NCBI GenBank assembly: GCA_049975205.1
Contig: JBNGDL010000007.1
Coordinates: forward strand, 36,952 to 100,951
Direction of reading: 5' to 3'
DNA from: Anaerolineae bacterium
Lineage (GTDB): Bacteria > Chloroflexota > Anaerolineae > B4-G1 > SLSP01
DNA: 64,000 bases
The position numbers and the translations under genes were made by a program. Under the pieces are notes generated by a model. The model worked only from the letters and a program-made list of their open reading frames with translations, did no database searches and was not told the DNA's origin. The number at the start of each line of letters is the position of its first letter. Positions within the stretch are counted from its first letter, which is position 1. Shown here one piece after another: positions 60,735-64,000 of this stretch.

Positions 60735-63146
60735 ATGAGAAGAGAAGTATATCTGACCAGAATCGAGGCGCTGTCCCCCGATCGATTGCGTCGGGAGTGT
60801 GATCCCTCGATATTCACGTTCGACTCGACGGATGACCTGCCTTACGAACCCGGCATCATCGGCCAGGATCGGGCCGTGGAGGCGGTTCGGTTTGGCCTTG
60901 ATATCAGCAGTCCGGGCTTCAACATCTTCGTGATGGGTCCGACGAGTTCGGGTCGCCGCTCGATCATCAAGCGGATGGTTGAGGAGAAGGCTGCACAAGA
61001 GCCGGTTCCGGATGACTGGCTCTACGTGACGCGTTTCGCGGAGCCGGGATCGCCTCGTGCTTTGCAGGTGCCCCCAGGTAGGGGGCGGAAGCTCCGTGCG
61101 GCTATGGAGCGGTTTAGCGCGACGTTGCCGGAGCGACTGCAGCAGGCTTTTGACACCGACCGCTACGCGGGGGCGCGGGAGGAGTTAGAGCAGCAGTACC
61201 GGGCATTGGAGCGAGAGGCCCTGGCCTCGGTAGACGCCGCTTGTCGCGAGCGCGATTGCGTGCTCGTTCGATCGCCCTCCGGCTTGTATATCGCTCCCGT
61301 GCGGGATGGCGACCTCCTGTCACCTGAGGCGATCAGCCAACTTGGTGTGGGAGAGCAGTCGAAGGTTCAGGAGAACCTTGAGTACCTAGACGATCTTCTG
61401 GACGACGCTATGCGGCACTTGCGAGATCACGAGCGGCAGATTCAGGGGGACATTGATCGCCTCGATCGAGAGGTCGCTGACCACACGATCCGTCCTCTCC
61501 TAGAAGAGCTTCGCGCAGCCTATGCCGACCAACCCGGAGTCCTCTCCTTCTTGGAGGAAGTGCGGGAGGATATCCTTGCGAATGTCTCGTTCTTTCGCTC
61601 CGGTGATACGGTCAGAACAGATACCGAGGGTGGCTCGCTTCTCGATGTCCCCATCAGCAAACGCTACCGGGTCAACCTGCTCGTGGACAACAGCGAACTG
61701 CAGGGTGCGCCGGTGGTCTTGGTCGAGAGACCGTCTGTACAGCGATTCTTGGGAGCCGTCGAATATGACATGCGGTACGGCATGAGCGTGACTGACCATA
61801 CGCTGATCCGGGCCGGCGCTCTGCACAAGGCAAACGGTGGTTATCTGATCGTGGATGCGACAGGCCTTGTTGAGGATTTTGACGCCTGGACTGGGCTCAA
61901 GCAGGCACTCTCCAAACAGTCCGTGCGGGTTGAGTCGCCCGATGGTCAGCGGCTGATCCGGACGGTGACACCCGTTCCGGAGCCGATACCGCTCGAGGTG
62001 AAGGTCATCCTTGTGGGGTTGCCTGAGGCCTTCTACCGGCTTTACAGATTCGACGAGGACTTCGCCAAGTTCTTCAAAGTCCAGGTGGAGTTCCATACCG
62101 AGGTGGACCGCACTCTAGAGACCGAACGGGCTTACGGGCGTTTCATTCGCATGCTCTGCCATCGCGAGGACCTGCTTCCGTTCACGCCAGAGGCCACGGC
62201 GCGGATCGTGGAGTTTGGCTCGCGGTGGGTCGAGCATCAGGATCGTCTCAGCTCGCAGTTCGGACACATCGCCGACCTCGTGCGGGAGGCAGACTACTGG
62301 GCTCGCCAAGGTGGTGAGCAAGCCGTGCACCGCGCCGATGTGCAGAGGGCGCTCAAGCAACAGCGGCGACGTGTCGGCCTGCTGGAAGAGCTTTCTCTGC
62401 GAGCGATCCTGGAAGACCGTCTTGTCCTCATGACCCAGGGCGGTGCCGTTGGGCAGGTCAACGCGCTGACCGTGGTCAGTTACGGGAGCAGTAGCTACGG
62501 TGTACCTAGCCGCATCACGGCCCAGGCCTACGTCGGTCGCGGCAACGTCGTGGACATCCATCGCGAGATCGACCTCGGTGGCCCGATTCACACGAAAGGT
62601 GTCTTGACGCTGACGGGCTATTTCGGCGGTCAATACGGCGTCTCCCGTCCCTTGTCCATGGAGGCGAGCCTGAGCTTCGAGCAAGTGTACGAGGATCTCG
62701 AGGGGGACAGCGCCTCGTGCGCCGAGCTGTACGCTCTGATCTCGGCGGTTTCGGAGCTGCCCCTCCGTCAGGATTTGGCGGTGACGGGCGCCGTTGATCA
62801 GTACGGCCACGTGATGGCGATCGGTGGCGTGAACGAGAAGATAGAGGGATTCTTTGAAGTCTGCCGCGCACGTGGGCTGACGGGAACCCAAGGCGTCATT
62901 ATCCCGACGTCCAACGTGAAGAATCTCATGTTGGAGGAGGATGTGATCGAGGCCGTGCGGAAGGGCGAATTCCATATCTATCCTGTCGACACGGTGGATG
63001 AGGGATTGACGCTGTTGACGGGGAAGCTCGCAGGCGTACCAAATGCGTCAGGCGAGTTTCCCCCAGATACCGTACACGGGCGCGTCGCTCGCCGGCTTGA
63101 AGCCTTTGCCAAGTCCGACGACGGCGACCGAGGACCGAACAGCTAG
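60735..63146 (+). CDS. LonC-like protease: degenerate AAA-like domain with Lon-insertion coiled coil plus Lon S16 protease domain
   Basis: 803 aa. The P-loop reads VMGPTSSGRRSII (no Lys). A long coiled-coil insertion spans about residues 140-260. Protease Ser-Lys dyad contexts are LEGDSASCAELYALISAVS and IGGVNEKIEGF. Confidence 0.75.
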   Translation: MRREVYLTRIEALSPDRLRRECDPSIFTFDSTDDLPYEPGIIGQDRAVEAVRFGLDISSPGFNIFVMGPTSSGRRSIIKRMVEEKAAQEPVPDDWLYVTRFAEPGSPRALQVPPGRGRKLRAAMERFSATLPERLQQAFDTDRYAGAREELEQQYRALEREALASVDAACRERDCVLVRSPSGLYIAPVRDGDLLSPEAISQLGVGEQSKVQENLEYLDDLLDDAMRHLRDHERQIQGDIDRLDREVADHTIRPLLEELRAAYADQPGVLSFLEEVREDILANVSFFRSGDTVRTDTEGGSLLDVPISKRYRVNLLVDNSELQGAPVVLVERPSVQRFLGAVEYDMRYGMSVTDHTLIRAGALHKANGGYLIVDATGLVEDFDAWTGLKQALSKQSVRVESPDGQRLIRTVTPVPEPIPLEVKVILVGLPEAFYRLYRFDEDFAKFFKVQVEFHTEVDRTLETERAYGRFIRMLCHREDLLPFTPEATARIVEFGSRWVEHQDRLSSQFGHIADLVREADYWARQGGEQAVHRADVQRALKQQRRRVGLLEELSLRAILEDRLVLMTQGGAVGQVNALTVVSYGSSSYGVPSRITAQAYVGRGNVVDIHREIDLGGPIHTKGVLTLTGYFGGQYGVSRPLSMEASLSFEQVYEDLEGDSASCAELYALISAVSELPLRQDLAVTGAVDQYGHVMAIGGVNEKIEGFFEVCRARGLTGTQGVIIPTSNVKNLMLEEDVIEAVRKGEFHIYPVDTVDEGLTLLTGKLAGVPNASGEFPPDTVHGRVARRLEAFAKSDDGDRGPNS

Positions 63147-63199
63147 GTAGGTAGGCCCATTGGGCTTAGCGAGGACTCCCGAAGTAGAAGGAGCAGGAC

Positions 63200-64000
63200 A
63201 TGACGAATCTTCTGAGGAACCCGGGCTTTGAGGAGGGCTGGTGGCGGAAGACGGATGTTGGCCAATCCTATGCTGAGATCTTCGTGCCAGAGCATTGGGT
63301 GGCCTACTGGAAGGAAGGAATGCCCGTTCCGCACGATCCGAGCAACCAGTCCGGGTATGCCCGACCGGAGATGCACGTCATCAATCGGGAGGCCCCTTTC
63401 TTGGATCCGCTGCGTGTGAGAAGCGGCTCTCGGGCGACGAAGCTGTTCACCTTTTTCCGTGTCCACGATGCGGGGCTCTATCAGCAGGTCTCTGGGATTG
63501 AGCCCGGTGCCCGCCTGCGGGGCACGGGCTGGGCGCACGCTTGGTCAAGCACGGACGATGATCCAAGGACCAGTGACGGGGCCGGAAGCCAGCCTTATTT
63601 CATCCGGGCCTCGGAGTACGATCCAGGCGAGCACGGGCAAGAGGGTGGCCTGCGCAATGCAAGTTTCCGGGTGGGAATCGATCCTGCTGGGGGTACAGAC
63701 CCGTGGGCGGACAGCGTCGTCTGGGGCGAGGCAGCGCACATCTACAACATCTTTGCTCAGATCCCCCCGTTGGAGGTCACAGCTGAAGCCGACACGGTCA
63801 CGCTCTTCGTCAGGAGCTCAGTTCTGTGGCCCTTCAAGCACTGCGATGCCTATTTCGACGATATGAGAATGGACATCACGACGGACCCTGCCTCGCCGTT
63901 GCACGTCTCGATCAGGCCGGAGCGAGTTGTCGTTGGGGAGCCCTTCGAAGTCTCCGCTACGGGCGGCCTGGGAGCGGAGACGATCACGGTGAGCTTCACA
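63200..64000 (+). CDS. 5' part of a gene continuing past the window; CBM4/9-like carbohydrate-binding-type N-terminus
   Basis: Not in the supplied track because there is no stop in the window. Hand translation from the ATG at 63200 (AAGGAG at 63188-63193) is open to 64000. It begins MTNLLRNPGFEEGWW..., and the NPGFE start is typical of CBM_4_9-like beta-sandwich modules. Confidence 0.55.
   Translation, partial: MTNLLRNPGFEEGWWRKTDVGQSYAEIFVPEHWVAYWKEGMPVPHDPSNQSGYARPEMHVINREAPFLDPLRVRSGSRATKLFTFFRVHDAGLYQQVSGIEPGARLRGTGWAHAWSSTDDDPRTSDGAGSQPYFIRASEYDPGEHGQEGGLRNASFRVGIDPAGGTDPWADSVVWGEAAHIYNIFAQIPPLEVTAEADTVTLFVRSSVLWPFKHCDAYFDDMRMDITTDPASPLHVSIRPERVVVGEPFEVSATGGLGAETITVSFT

Noticed and set aside
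60735-63146. Lon-like protease considered as BrxL of a BREX phage-defence system.
   Set aside because: No PglX methyltransferase, PglZ or BrxA/B/C genes are present in the window. The degenerate P-loop plus coiled-coil insertion fits LonC better.

Overview
GC-rich bacterial chromosomal window. It is densely coding with no rRNA, CRISPR array, transposase or prophage signature. The gene content (RNase J, LCP proteins, many Thr/Pro-rich linkers, FHA/STK expansion) suggests a Chloroflexota-like monoderm, but that is inference only. All calls come from reading motifs in the supplied ORF translations and the raw sequence; no searches were run. Layout: (1) 0.2-22.5 kb is a cytoplasmic glycan/sugar-catabolism island. 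It holds three Gfo/Idh/MocA oxidoreductases, a TIM-barrel sugar isomerase, an AraA-like isomerase, GH51, GH2, GH29 and GH63-like enzymes, and three large uncharacterised GH-like proteins. An L,D-transpeptidase sits on the opposite strand. (2) 22.5-40.0 kb is the standout: a same-strand Ser/Thr phospho-signalling supercluster. It contains one intact kinase with a degenerate extracellular M14 peptidase domain and two zinc-ribbon pseudokinase::PP2C fusions. It also contains a ZnR-FHA-FHA-ABC exporter, a membrane-anchored S8 protease plus a lipoprotein paralog of its pro-like domain, a vWA-TM-FHA protein and a triple-Zn-ribbon-FHA protein coupled to a metallophosphoesterase. A 31-codon kinase stub lies in the middle. 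(3) tRNA-Glu(UUC) and RNase J are driven from back-to-back consensus promoters. (4) 42-48 kb carries envelope glycopolymer genes (GT4, tandem LCP paralogs, GT-C). (5) 48.4-52.6 kb is a PadR-headed locus resembling the orange-protein (ORP) metallocluster complex: NifX-like x2, MinD-ferredoxin ATPase x2, DUF59 and an FmdB zinc ribbon. (6) 52.7-64 kb holds ROK kinase, VanW, an O-antigen-ligase-like protein, dnaN without dnaA, a LonC-like protease and a partial CBM-like gene.
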